A stretch of DNA of 64,000 nt from Candidatus Eiseniibacteriota bacterium (GCA_965224245.1 OZ245046.1:3904001-3968000), one strand, 5' to 3'; positions 20,764 through 30,541 are shown, counted from the first letter of the stretch. A program made the numbers and translations. The notes: generated by a model not told the origin, from the letters alone.

Positions 20764-21256
20764 GAGACTCTCCCTCGGTCGGATGCGCCCCCGCCCCGGG
20801 CTGACCGGGATCTCGGCGGACGAGACCGCCCGTCAAGAGGAGCCCCACCGCGCGCAGCAGCATGACCAGCAGCACCAGTCCGAAGCCGGCGCCGGCGGCG
20901 AGAATCTCCTCGCGCGAGCGAGATCTGAGGAGCACGAACGCGATCGCGTACATCGCGGGCCCCTTGAGGAGGACGCCCACGAGGAGTGACCCGGTCCGGG
21001 TCGGTCGGTCGGGCCGGATGTGATCGGTGAGCTGGAGAATCAGCGACACGTTGACCACGCCCCACACCACACCGCCCAGGAGCGGCCAGACCCACAGCGT
21101 GCGGCCGAGCGCCCACAGCACGCACGCCGCCACGACGCCCAGCAAGAGCGAGCCGATCTGCGTTCGAGCAATGGGGCTCACCGTCCGGCCGGACGTCGCG
21201 TCGGCGACGGGGGTCGCGTCGGTTGCGCGCGTGCTCGCGCGGGCAGCATTGGTCAC
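20747..21256 (-). CDS. atpI: ATP synthase protein I (4-TM)
   Basis: Four hydrophobic helices; immediately upstream of atpB. Confidence 0.7.
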   Translation of the reverse strand: MTNAARASTRATDATPVADATSGRTVSPIARTQIGSLLLGVVAACVLWALGRTLWVWPLLGGVVWGVVNVSLILQLTDHIRPDRPTRTGSLLVGVLLKGPAMYAIAFVLLRSRSREEILAAGAGFGLVLLVMLLRAVGLLLTGGLVRRDPGQPGAGAHPTEGESRATVL

Positions 21257-21259
21257 CGG

Positions 21260-21490
21260 CTAGTTTTCCTCGGAGGCCCGCTTGACGATGCGGACGGTTT
21301 CTCGAATGCCGGCGGCGAAGCCGAGAAGCGCCATGACCACCTTCAGCCAGTCCCCGGCCCCCAGCCAGCGGGCCAGAAGGACACCGAGAAAGTAGGCGAC
21401 GGTGGGCGTCACCAAGAGCACGGTCGGGATGAGCGAGTACATCCCGACCTGTCTCAGGTTCGCGCGCTTGTCGGGTTCGTTCGCCGTCAC
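21260..21490 (-). CDS. AtpZ/AtpI family (ATPase gene 1) 2-TM protein
   Basis: G..LARWLG..W..V..LLGFAAGIRE pattern; first gene of the atp operon. Confidence 0.75.
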   Translation of the reverse strand: MTANEPDKRANLRQVGMYSLIPTVLLVTPTVAYFLGVLLARWLGAGDWLKVVMALLGFAAGIRETVRIVKRASEEN

Positions 21491-21617
21491 GTTGTGTCCG
21501 GAAACGCGGAAATCGCCGGAGCATGCCATTTGCAGCTGGCGATTTCGTGTCCCCAGTCTCCCTCGGGACGGCCCCGAGTCCGGGCTCAGAAAAGCTGGTC
21601 TGTTCGAACAGCGCAGT

Positions 21618-21647
21618 AGGGTATGGAACCGGGTGCGGCGGCGTCAA
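21618..21647 (-). promoter_or_regulatory. Putative sigma-70 promoter of the atp operon
   Basis: TTGACG-N18-TACCCT on the minus strand. Confidence 0.5.
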
Positions 21648-21834
21648 CCCAGAAAACATCACTGGGCGATTGCCGGGATCGTCAGCCTAAGATTAAAGTC
21701 AAACGTGACTTACGCCTCCGATTGCGGAGGCGAGCCGACCGGATCGGCCGCCGTTCCGGGGTCGTGGGTGCCCGGTGTGGACGATCCGTTGCAGCGGCGG
21801 ATCGGTCGCCACCCCAACCGACGAGCGAACCGAC

Positions 21835-22413
21835 ATGTCAGAGTCCGACGACATCACCGTCATCCTCCAGGACGCGAGCCTGGGGCGCCGCGAGGCGCTG
21901 GACCAGCTGATGCCGCGTGTATACGACGAGCTGAGGCGGCTCGCCCAGCACATGCTCGACGACGAGCGCCCCGACCACACCCTTCAGGCCACCGCGCTCG
22001 TCCACGAGGCCTACACGAAGCTCGTGGATCAGAACCGCGTGACGTGGCAGAACCGAGCACACTTCTTCGCGGTGGCCGCGCAGTCCATTCGCCGGATCCT
22101 GATCGACCACGCCCGCGCCCGAAACCGTGCCAAGCGCGGGAGCGGACACGCGTCGGTGGAGCTGGACGCCGCGATGAACGTGCCGGACTCCCCGACGTTC
22201 GTGGATCTGATCGGGCTGGACGACGCCCTCTCGCGCCTCGCCGTCGATCACCCGGGCCCGGCCCGCGTGGTCGAGATGCGCTACTTCGCGGGCCTCAGCC
22301 ACGCCGAGACCGGCGAGGTCCTGGGCGTCGGACAGCGTACCGCCGAGCGGTACTGGCAGTTCGCCAGGGCCTGGCTCTATCGGGAGCTCGGAGCGAGCGA
22401 TCGGTCGCCGTAG
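21835..22413 (+). CDS. ECF sigma factor, TIGR02999-like type
   Basis: VYDELRRLA, HTLQATALVHEAY, WQNRAHFFAVAA, VVEMRYFAGLS, ARAWLYREL. Confidence 0.95.
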   Translation: MSESDDITVILQDASLGRREALDQLMPRVYDELRRLAQHMLDDERPDHTLQATALVHEAYTKLVDQNRVTWQNRAHFFAVAAQSIRRILIDHARARNRAKRGSGHASVELDAAMNVPDSPTFVDLIGLDDALSRLAVDHPGPARVVEMRYFAGLSHAETGEVLGVGQRTAERYWQFARAWLYRELGASDRSP

Positions 22414-22445
22414 CCCTCACCGGCGCGCCGGCGTCCCGGTGAGGG

Positions 22446-22751
22446 TCAGCCTTCGGGCATCGCGCGGAGGTGATCGAAGCTGTAGATCCCGGTCGAGTGC
22501 CCGTCGCTCCAGACGATCTGAATGGCGTAGAGTCCGACCCGGCGGATCTCCACGGGATGGATGTCGTCGGACACCGACGCCGGATCCAGGAGCGGCCGCC
22601 GCGTCATCTCCTCGACGCAGCTCGCGCAGCGGCAGTCGCGTCGGAGCGCCACGTACGAGTGTACGCGGGTCGAGCCGTCCGACCATTCGATGGTCAGGTC
22701 GCGATCCCCGGCCTCGATCGCGACCGCCCGAGCCGTGTCGTCGAGTCCCAT
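22446..22751 (-). CDS. DUF971 / gamma-butyrobetaine hydroxylase N-terminal-like protein
   Basis: IEWSDG, LRRDCRCASC, VGLYAIQIVWSDGHSTGIYSF. Confidence 0.9.
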   Translation of the reverse strand: MGLDDTARAVAIEAGDRDLTIEWSDGSTRVHSYVALRRDCRCASCVEEMTRRPLLDPASVSDDIHPVEIRRVGLYAIQIVWSDGHSTGIYSFDHLRAMPEG

Positions 22752-22827
22752 CCTCACCTCGTGTACCGGACGCCGGCGACCGTGCACCGGCTCCATCGCG
22801 GGACGGGGGCGCCGGCCCGCGGCGGTG

Positions 22828-23379
22828 CTATCGGAGCGGCGTCCTCGAGTCGAGCGACGTGGCCGTGATCGTTCCCGCCTCGTCGACCTTCAGCTGATAC
22901 GGAAAGCGGCGGACGTCGTACTCGCTCAGGAAACGCCGCGCGACGTCGGAGACCACCTCGAACGTGAACCCGTTCTCGTCACGATGCTCGCGCGCCGTCT
23001 CCGGCCCGGCGTACGTGACGCCGAGAAGCGTCCCGGCCGACACCTCGCCGCCGTCGATGAGCGCCTGCCACGCCGCGCCCAGCTCGGTACACGGCCCGCA
23101 CTCGGGATCCAGGAACACCACCGTTCCCGAGTGGCCGGCCAGGCGATCGCGGACGCTCGACGATTCGCCGTCGGCGTCCGAGACGAGCACATCGGGCAGC
23201 CGATCTCCCACCTCGAAGACGGCCGGCGCGGGAGCGGCCCCGACGGCTTGCGGTCCGATCGCGCTCGATCGGACCGCGCGCAGGCGCGTCCCCACGAAGA
23301 CACCGGCCAGACCGACGACGAAGACGGTCAGGCCGAACACTATGTGGCGACCGATGGCCGATCGCATCGTCGAGGTCAT
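22828..23379 (-). CDS. Membrane-anchored thioredoxin-fold redoxin (TlpA/AhpC-TSA-like)
   Basis: N-terminal TM; VGDRLPD; CGPC active site; cis-Pro motif RRFP. Confidence 0.85.
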   Translation of the reverse strand: MTSTMRSAIGRHIVFGLTVFVVGLAGVFVGTRLRAVRSSAIGPQAVGAAPAPAVFEVGDRLPDVLVSDADGESSSVRDRLAGHSGTVVFLDPECGPCTELGAAWQALIDGGEVSAGTLLGVTYAGPETAREHRDENGFTFEVVSDVARRFLSEYDVRRFPYQLKVDEAGTITATSLDSRTPLR

Positions 23380-23484
23380 GATGGCGACCTCCGCCGGCAC
23401 GGGGCGGTCCGCCGCCCCGCGCCCTCATGTGGACCGCATCCGTCGGATGCGGTCACGGTTGGAAATGGAAGTGACCGTCAGGAG

Positions 23485-23706
23485 CTAGCAATCGTACTGC
23501 TGCGTGCATGCGAACTCGTCGCTGACGAAGCACCAGGTCCCCCACGGCGTCGAGCAGCACTCGAGCGGGGTGCCCTCGCACGTGCACATGTAGAAGCAGT
23601 TGCCCCCACCACCGCCCCCGGCGGCGGTGACGGGCGTCGTGTCGTATCCGGCGACGACACCCACCGAGAACACGAGCCCCAGCACGAAACCCATGGTCTT
23701 CCGCAT
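23485..23706 (-). CDS. Secreted 73-aa cysteine-rich mini-protein (8 Cys)
   Basis: GGAGG RBS; signal peptide MRKTMGFVLGLVFSVGVVAG; Gly6 linker; CFYMCTCEGTPLECCSTPWGTWCFVSDEFACTQQYDC. Confidence 0.75.
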   Translation of the reverse strand: MRKTMGFVLGLVFSVGVVAGYDTTPVTAAGGGGGGNCFYMCTCEGTPLECCSTPWGTWCFVSDEFACTQQYDC

Positions 23707-23755
23707 GTCCACCTCCATGTGTTGCGGATCGCGCGCGGACGCGCGCTTGTGGAAG

Positions 23756-23785
23756 AGGGTAGGCACCGCGCCGCCCGGCGCGCAA
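23756..23785 (-). promoter_or_regulatory. Putative sigma-70 promoter of the Cys-rich peptide gene
   Basis: TTGCGC-N18-TACCCT; same -10 and spacing as the atp promoter. Confidence 0.4.
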
Positions 23786-23824
23786 GAGCCGGCGGGGCAC
23801 GGTGCCCGGGGAGCGATCCAGGAC

Positions 23825-24145
23825 CTACGGCTTCTCGTGGGGGCCGCTGATCGGCTCCTCGATGACGATGACGGGATCCAGCATCACGCTCGGATCCGCC
23901 TCGGCGTACACCGTGTACTTGAAGGACCCCACGGTGCTCGGCAGTGGCTGCTGCGGCGTCGTGGCCGTCTCGTAGTCGAGCTCGGACTCGGTGAACGGAC
24001 TGCCCTCGGGCGCCTCGAACGCGATCGTGAAGCGAGCACTGCTGCCGGAGGCCCACACGACCTCCTCCTCGTTCGTGATCGTCAGCACCATGGGCGCCAC
24101 CTGGATGCTCTCCTGTCCGACGGTCACCGTGATCGTGTTCGCCAT
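23825..24145 (-). CDS. Small acidic beta-sandwich protein (cupredoxin-like/DP-EP-like)
   Basis: GGAG RBS; V.W....FTI.F...SPF....FKYTV.....LDPVIVIEEP; no Cu ligands, no signal peptide. Confidence 0.6.
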   Translation of the reverse strand: MANTITVTVGQESIQVAPMVLTITNEEEVVWASGSSARFTIAFEAPEGSPFTESELDYETATTPQQPLPSTVGSFKYTVYAEADPSVMLDPVIVIEEPISGPHEKP

Positions 24146-24229
24146 GTCGTCTCCTTCGTCACCGCCCGTCTCAGACGGTCGTGACGGGCGTCGTTCCGGC
24201 TCCGGCCGCGGAGTCGGCGATCCGTGGGC

Positions 24230-26866
24230 TCAGCCGCCGGCGAGCGGCGCATCACCGGCCGGCTCTCCGGAAGCCCCGTGCACCAGCGCGTCGAACCGGG
24301 GCTCTCCGCGCCAGTCGTCGAAGACCACCGAGTCCCTGAGCCACGAGGCCGGGTATCCGCCGCCGACGGCCCGTTCGATCCAGTCGAGCGCGACCCGGCG
24401 CTCTCCCAGTTGCCAGAACGTCAGCGCGGCACCGAACTGAACGCTCGGATTCTCGGCACCGCGGACGAGCGCTCGCGAGATGCACGCTCGTGCACTGTCG
24501 GGAAGACCCACCTTCGGATACAGCACGGCCAGGTTCGACAGCACGTCCAGATGGTACGGGCGGCGGGTGAGCTCGTCGCGGCCCAGCCGCACGGCTTGCT
24601 CGTAGGCCTCCCGGGCCAGGGAGCGCTTGTCCGGATGCCAGAAGTAGGCGTCACCCAGGTTGAGCCAGAACTCGTACTCGGCGAACCCGGTCTGGATGGC
24701 GGTCTGGTAGGTGTCGATCGCCGCATCGAAGTCTCGCAGCGCGAAGTGCGCGGTCGCGAGGTTCGAGAACGCGGTCTCGGTGGGATGGAGCGCGATCGAT
24801 CGCGCAAGGGCGGCCGTCGCGTCACGGTAGTGGCCCTCCAGGACGTCGATCGCCCCCAGATTGCTGAACGAGAGGTAGTAGTCGGGCGCACACTCGGCCA
24901 TCGACGCGAACGCCGCGCGAGCATCGGTGAAGCGTCCCTGCCGGTACAGAAACGAGCCGAGCCACCAGTAGGGTCGCCAGTAGTGGGGTCGGTCGGAGAT
25001 GGCGCGGAGATACGTCGCCTCCTCCCCGGCGGCATCACCGGCCCGACCGTGGAGGCGCGCCAGCTCGTGAACGGCGTCGTCATCGGTGGGATCCAGCGCG
25101 GCGGCTCGGGTCAACGACGCCGTGGCCCGGGCACGATCGCCACGCGTCTCGTACACGAAGGCCGCGGTCCGGAACGCCGCGGCCCGGGTCGAGTCGAGCG
25201 AGATCGCACGGTCGCACGCCTCGAGGGCCCGGTCGAGCAGGGACTCGGCCGGCTCGGCGCCGTACAGCTTGAAGTAGGCGCGCGCCGCCGCCGCGTGGGG
25301 CGAGGCCAGGCTCGGATCGGTTCGCATCGCGAGGTCGAACTCCTCGAGCGCCGCGCGCCACGCCGTGGCGTCGGGCTGATGCAGTCGGCCGAGACCGCGC
25401 AGGTAGAATCGGAGCGTCCCCGCTCCCCAGTCCGACACACCGAACGTCTCGACGCCGCGGCCGGCCGCCGAGAGCCCCAGCACACCGTCCGACGCGGCGA
25501 CGATCGCGTCCAGGAGCCCGGCGGGACTCGAGATCGGCACCCGGAACGCCGCGCGCCGGTGCGGCTCGTCGGTCCCGGCCGCCTCCAGCGTCACCGATCC
25601 GACGTATTCCCGCTCATCGACCGCCAGGTCGGTCTCGAGGATCAGGTTCACGCCGAGCACCTCGTGTCCCGACTCGATTCCATCAACGTGATCGTCGAGC
25701 ACGTCGGAGAGATCGGCCACCTGCAGAACGTTCGACGACGTCCGACGCGCGAGCACGGTGGTCAGCGCGTCGGTGAGGCCCATCGCAAACGCCTCGCCGT
25801 CGGCATCGACGTCCGTGGTCCGGATCGGGAGCACGGCGACGTGGGCGTGCTCGGGCAGAGTCCCACCGGACGCCCCCAGTCGTGGTGATCGGAGCCGTGC
25901 GAGCCACACCGCGGCGATCAGGACGAGCGTGACCGACACCACGACGGCGCCCTTGCGGCGCGGCCCGCGCCGTGGCGATCGCGGGCGTGATCCACCACGC
26001 TCGCCGATGGCGGCGGCCGACTCCAACCGCGGGGCGACGTCCTGCGCGTGCTCGGGTCGATCCTGCACGTCCTTGGCCAGCATGTCGCCCACCAGCTCGG
26101 CCAGCTCTGCGGGGAGGTCGGGCCGCAGGCGGCCAAGCGGCTCCGCGTCGACGTGAAGCACGTTGGCGAGGGTCGTGCCGATGGTCTCCCCGCGAAACGG
26201 ATGGGCGCCGGCCAGCCACTCGTAGAACACCACGCCCAGCGAGAAGATGTCCGCGCGCGCGCTCGGCTCGTGTCCGCGGATGGTCTCGGGGGCCATGTAG
26301 GCGGGTGTGCCGAGCAGTGCGTCGCCGGCCGCGGTCTCGAGCGTCGCCGTGGCGTCACCCGAGGTCGTCATGCGCCGGGCGATCCCGAAGTCGAGGATCT
26401 TCACCTGCCCCGCGCGGGTGATCATCACGTTCTCGGGCTTGATGTCGCGATGGATGACTCCCTCGCGGTGAGCGACCGCGAGTGCATCCACGCACTGCAT
26501 CGCCACCGGCAGGAACTCCGCGAGCGCGGGCGGCGTCGCCATCCGGTCGCGGAGCGTCGTGCCGTCCACGTACTCCATCACGATCACGAACTCGCCGTCG
26601 TGCTCGAAGACGTCGAAGATGGATGCGATGCGCGGGTCCTGGAGCGCTCCTGCGCGACGGGCCTCGCGGAGCAGCCGCCGGCGAGACGACGCATCGGACA
26701 TGCGCTCCGGGGCGACGCGCTTCAGCGCGACCTTGCGATCGAGCAGAGTGTCGGTGGCGGCGTAGACGACGCCCATTCCCCCGGTGCCGATTCGCTCCAG
26801 GAGCCGGAAACGATCGGCGAGCACCTCCTGGGTCTCGGCTGGATCGGTGGGGCCGGTACCGTCCAT
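24230..26866 (-). CDS. Ser/Thr kinase with TM, TolB-N-like domain and TPRs
   Basis: GTGGMG, VALK, HRDIKPEN, DFG, YMAPE; TM AVVVSVTLVLIAAVWL; VAVLP..FAMGLTD; multiple TPRs. Confidence 0.92.
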   Translation of the reverse strand: MDGTGPTDPAETQEVLADRFRLLERIGTGGMGVVYAATDTLLDRKVALKRVAPERMSDASSRRRLLREARRAGALQDPRIASIFDVFEHDGEFVIVMEYVDGTTLRDRMATPPALAEFLPVAMQCVDALAVAHREGVIHRDIKPENVMITRAGQVKILDFGIARRMTTSGDATATLETAAGDALLGTPAYMAPETIRGHEPSARADIFSLGVVFYEWLAGAHPFRGETIGTTLANVLHVDAEPLGRLRPDLPAELAELVGDMLAKDVQDRPEHAQDVAPRLESAAAIGERGGSRPRSPRRGPRRKGAVVVSVTLVLIAAVWLARLRSPRLGASGGTLPEHAHVAVLPIRTTDVDADGEAFAMGLTDALTTVLARRTSSNVLQVADLSDVLDDHVDGIESGHEVLGVNLILETDLAVDEREYVGSVTLEAAGTDEPHRRAAFRVPISSPAGLLDAIVAASDGVLGLSAAGRGVETFGVSDWGAGTLRFYLRGLGRLHQPDATAWRAALEEFDLAMRTDPSLASPHAAAARAYFKLYGAEPAESLLDRALEACDRAISLDSTRAAAFRTAAFVYETRGDRARATASLTRAAALDPTDDDAVHELARLHGRAGDAAGEEATYLRAISDRPHYWRPYWWLGSFLYRQGRFTDARAAFASMAECAPDYYLSFSNLGAIDVLEGHYRDATAALARSIALHPTETAFSNLATAHFALRDFDAAIDTYQTAIQTGFAEYEFWLNLGDAYFWHPDKRSLAREAYEQAVRLGRDELTRRPYHLDVLSNLAVLYPKVGLPDSARACISRALVRGAENPSVQFGAALTFWQLGERRVALDWIERAVGGGYPASWLRDSVVFDDWRGEPRFDALVHGASGEPAGDAPLAGG

Positions 26867-27073
26867 GTTCCCTCGCCGCTCGCCGTTGCGGGCGTCGTCG
26901 AGTATCGCTCCCCGCGAGTCCCGCCGAGCGGACGACGGGACCGGCGCTGCGTGTACTCGCTCGGCGTCGAGGAGCGACGGGGACCCGGGGCGGGCACGCA
27001 GTCGCGACGACATGATAGCATGCACCTCTCGCGACGATCGGAAGATCGACGCCGCGACACGAGGAGCGCGCGC

Positions 27074-28609
27074 ATGCTCTCGTCAGCCGACGGACGACGC
27101 ATCCTGAATCCGCGCCCCCCCGAGCCCCCGGGGCTCCCGCCGGATCTCCTCCTCCGCGCCCGCCAGCGCATTCGCCTGACCGCCCTCCTCGCCGCCGGCG
27201 CGTTCGCGCTGTCGCTCGCCGTCGATCTCGTGTCACGGACACGGGCCCTGTCGGGCGCGCCGGCGTCGTCCGGCTCCGGCGCGGCCGCATCGGTGATCGT
27301 CGACGCGGGCGGCGTCGCGGTCGCGCTGGCCCTGTTCATGATCGGGCGGCACCCGCGCGTGGGCTTCACCGCCGTGCTGCGCTCGGCGCTCATCACCGAG
27401 GTACTCGTGTGCGCGGCGATCGCGGCCGAGACGGCCTTCGTCCCCGTTCAGGGCGGCCTCGGCGCCCCGACCGTGAGCTGGGTCACGCCGATCATCATCG
27501 CGCTGCCCCTGATCGTCCCGGCTCCGCCGCGCGCCGCGCTCGTCTCCTCGGTTGCGGCGGCGCTCACCGTTCCGATCGCGGTGCTCGCGGCGGGGGGACC
27601 CTTGGTGGAGGCGCTGCGCGCGTCGGTCAGTCCCGTCATCGCCGTCGGCATCGCGTTCGTCGGCGCACGCGTCGTGTACCGCATCGGGCTCGACGTCGCC
27701 CGCGCCAGCCACGTCGGAAGCTACCGGCTCGACGAGCCGCTCGGACGAGGGGGCATGGGTGAGGTGTGGTCCGGAACGCACCGACTCCTGGCCAGGCCCG
27801 CGGCCATCAAGCTGATCCGACCCGAGGCGCTGGCGCCGAGCTACGGGGAGAGTGCCGAGCGCGTCGTCGCGCGCTTCGAGCGCGAGGCTCGTGCGACGGC
27901 CCGGCTCCGGTCGCCTCACACGGTCCAGCTGTACGACTTCGGGGTGACCGACGATGGATGCTTCTATCTCGTGATGGAGCTTCTCGACGGCATCGACCTT
28001 CAGACGCTCGTGCGCACCTCGGGTCCTCTCGCGCCGGCGCGCGTGGCGCACATCGTGTCGCAGACGTGCGATTCCCTCGGTGAAGCTCATGCGCTGGGGC
28101 TCGTTCACCGGGACGTGAAGCCCGCGAACGTTCTTCTGTGTCGACAGGCAAACCGCTACGACGTGGTGAAGGTGCTCGACTTCGGCCTCGTGCTCGACGC
28201 ACGAGAGGGAGATCGATCGGCGTCGTTCCGCACCGCGGAGAACGTCGTGTGCGGCACTCCGGCCTACATGTCGCCCGAGCAGATCGGCGGCGATCGTCGT
28301 GTCGACGGCCGGTCCGATCTGTACGCGCTCGGCTGCGTCGCGTACTGGCTGCTCACCGGTCATGTCGTGTTCGAGGCCGCTCCCGCCGCGCGGGCCATGA
28401 TGCATCACGTGGAGAGCGTGCCGGCGCCGCCATCCTCACGGACGACCACGCCGATCCCGCCCTCGCTGGAATCGCTGGTGATGGACTGCCTGGCCAAGGA
28501 TCCGGATCGGCGTCCCCCGGACGCCGCGTCGATCCGACGCCGGCTCTCCGAGGCGCGCGACATCCCCTCCTGGTTGCCGTCGGATGCGGAGAGCTGCTGG
28601 TCGGTGTGA
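27074..28609 (+). CDS. Ser/Thr kinase with N-terminal multi-pass membrane domain
   Basis: GAGGAG RBS; about 6 TM helices, then GRGGMG, AAIK, HRDVKPAN, DFG, YMSPE. Confidence 0.92.
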   Translation: MLSSADGRRILNPRPPEPPGLPPDLLLRARQRIRLTALLAAGAFALSLAVDLVSRTRALSGAPASSGSGAAASVIVDAGGVAVALALFMIGRHPRVGFTAVLRSALITEVLVCAAIAAETAFVPVQGGLGAPTVSWVTPIIIALPLIVPAPPRAALVSSVAAALTVPIAVLAAGGPLVEALRASVSPVIAVGIAFVGARVVYRIGLDVARASHVGSYRLDEPLGRGGMGEVWSGTHRLLARPAAIKLIRPEALAPSYGESAERVVARFEREARATARLRSPHTVQLYDFGVTDDGCFYLVMELLDGIDLQTLVRTSGPLAPARVAHIVSQTCDSLGEAHALGLVHRDVKPANVLLCRQANRYDVVKVLDFGLVLDAREGDRSASFRTAENVVCGTPAYMSPEQIGGDRRVDGRSDLYALGCVAYWLLTGHVVFEAAPAARAMMHHVESVPAPPSSRTTTPIPPSLESLVMDCLAKDPDRRPPDAASIRRRLSEARDIPSWLPSDAESCWSV

Positions 28610-28721
28610 CGGTCGCCCACCCGCGCGACGCGGTTCGTCCTCCTGGCGCCACGCGCCCACCCCTTTCGTCGTTCGCTCGGGCCACCGCGGTCGTTCTGAG
28701 ATCGGCCACGAGGAGGATCTC

Positions 28722-29576
28722 ATGACGACTCTCAGATGGATGGTCACGTCCGCGGCGATCGCGGCGGTGGTGACTGGGTGCGCGACGACGTCCTCGGTGT
28801 CCCGCCCGAAGCGACCGTCCCTGACCGAGGCCACCGAGGAGGCGAAGAAGCCGGCGGGGCGACAGAAGCCCATCGTCGTGAACGAGGATGAGGAGGACGA
28901 GGATGAGCCGGACGTCGTCGTCGTCCACGTGCACGAGGGGCACGACCCCGGGAACTCGATGGACTCCCCGGACGGCGATGGCGACACGCGAGCGGCCTCG
29001 GGCGGCGCCGCGATCCAGTCCGAGGAGTCCACGTCACTCGGCTACGCGTCGGCGACGCTCGGCTTCGACACGCAGGGCGGTCCCCAGCTCCACGGGGTGC
29101 TCCTCGGTGGAGCCGAGGCCGGAATCCGGGGCCGGCGCTACCGGGCCGGGCTCGGCGTTCGGATCGGCCGTCCGGACGTCGTGCCCGGGAGCGCCATCGC
29201 CCGCGCCACGACCCGCGTCGGAGAGCTTCTGCTGGACGGGTGCGTGCGGGGCTATCTGACCCACGATCACACGTTCATGGGCGTCTACGGCCTGGCGGGT
29301 GCTCGGGTCGGCCTCGTGACCTGGACCTACGCCAACCCGGTCACGGTGATCGAGGGCGACGAGAGGACCACGGTCACCACGGACGCGCTTCTGACCGTCC
29401 AGCCTTACGTCGGACTGGGCCTCTCGATCGCCCAGGTGTCCGGCGTCCACATCGGGGGAAACGTGTCGACCGGGGTCAAGCTCTACTCTGACGAGACGAT
29501 CGAACGCTTCCAGAACGACCTCTTCTCCCCCGTCGGGTTCGTCAGCACCGGCCTCGAGATCTCCTACCTCTTCTGA
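28722..29576 (+). CDS. Lipoprotein with acidic linker and C-terminal beta-barrel
   Basis: AGGAGG RBS; lipobox VTGC; EDEEDEDEPD tract; amphipathic strands ending LEISYLF. Confidence 0.7.
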   Translation: MTTLRWMVTSAAIAAVVTGCATTSSVSRPKRPSLTEATEEAKKPAGRQKPIVVNEDEEDEDEPDVVVVHVHEGHDPGNSMDSPDGDGDTRAASGGAAIQSEESTSLGYASATLGFDTQGGPQLHGVLLGGAEAGIRGRRYRAGLGVRIGRPDVVPGSAIARATTRVGELLLDGCVRGYLTHDHTFMGVYGLAGARVGLVTWTYANPVTVIEGDERTTVTTDALLTVQPYVGLGLSIAQVSGVHIGGNVSTGVKLYSDETIERFQNDLFSPVGFVSTGLEISYLF

Positions 29577-29753
29577 GCGCCCGAGCCGATGCCCGGTCCT
29601 GCGCGCGCGTGACCCCGCGCCTGGCCGGGCGTCCTGTCGCCGGGGTCTCCCACGAGAGACTCCGTTCGCCGGGCGGGGCTCCCGTCGTTCTGAGATCGAT
29701 CCGCGACGGGACTCCCCCGGCGCGCGAGGTCCACGTTCAACGAGGAGTCGAAC

Positions 29754-30437
29754 ATGTCCAGGACACGACGGACTTCGATCGCATCGACGCTCGCCGTCGC
29801 GCTCGTGGCCGCGCTGGCCGGCGTGGCGCACACCGAGGTCGGCCCGGCCGCGGTCAAGCACGAGGTCGGGCTCGGCGGTGCCACGCTGCACGGGTTCGAG
29901 AAGGACGTATTCAACGTACCCGACGACGACGGCATCCCGGGCGGCAACGCGTTCTTCCTCACGTACTACCAGAACCTCGACGACCAGCTCGCCGTGGGAG
30001 CTCACGTGATCGGGAACGAGGCCACGCTGGACGACTACGTCATGTTCGACGGTATGTCCAGCCAGCCGGTCGAGCTCGACTTCACCAGCACCACGGTCGG
30101 AGCACGCGTGCGCTACTCCCTGATGCCGGGTGCGACGATCCGTCCCTACGGGATCCTCGGTGCGAGCCTCGAGACCGGCAACATGGAGAACGACGCCCTC
30201 GGGAGCCTGTCGTACACCGGACTCAGCGGGTCCGGTGGGATCGGCGCGCTTCTGCGTCTCGGCCGTCAGCTCGCGATCGGAGCCGAGGCACTGGGGACGC
30301 TGGGCTTCGCGAGCTGGAGCGAGAAGCCGGCGACGAACTCGCGGGACTCGGGGTTCGACCCGTCCAGCATCGGCGGTTACTTCTACCTGTCGTTCGGATG
30401 GGGTAGCCCGTCCGGCGGCGAGGACGAGCCGAGCTGA
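29754..30437 (+). CDS. Outer-membrane beta-barrel protein (8-strand OMP-like)
   Basis: GAGGAG RBS; signal peptide; IRPYGILGA; GGYFYLSFGW. Confidence 0.75.
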   Translation: MSRTRRTSIASTLAVALVAALAGVAHTEVGPAAVKHEVGLGGATLHGFEKDVFNVPDDDGIPGGNAFFLTYYQNLDDQLAVGAHVIGNEATLDDYVMFDGMSSQPVELDFTSTTVGARVRYSLMPGATIRPYGILGASLETGNMENDALGSLSYTGLSGSGGIGALLRLGRQLAIGAEALGTLGFASWSEKPATNSRDSGFDPSSIGGYFYLSFGWGSPSGGEDEPS

Positions 30438-30541
30438 ACCTCCGGGCTCAGGGGAACGATCCGTTGAATCGAACGAGCGTGGTAGCATCAGCCGTCGAAC
30501 CGACGCGCGCCTCCGTGCGCGCGTCCACCCGGAGCGCGCAC

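Noticed and set aside
23485-23706. Cys-rich peptide as a radical-SAM or lanthipeptide RiPP precursor
   Set aside because: No modifying enzyme or peptidase-transporter nearby. A Sec-type signal peptide plus redoxin favours disulfides.
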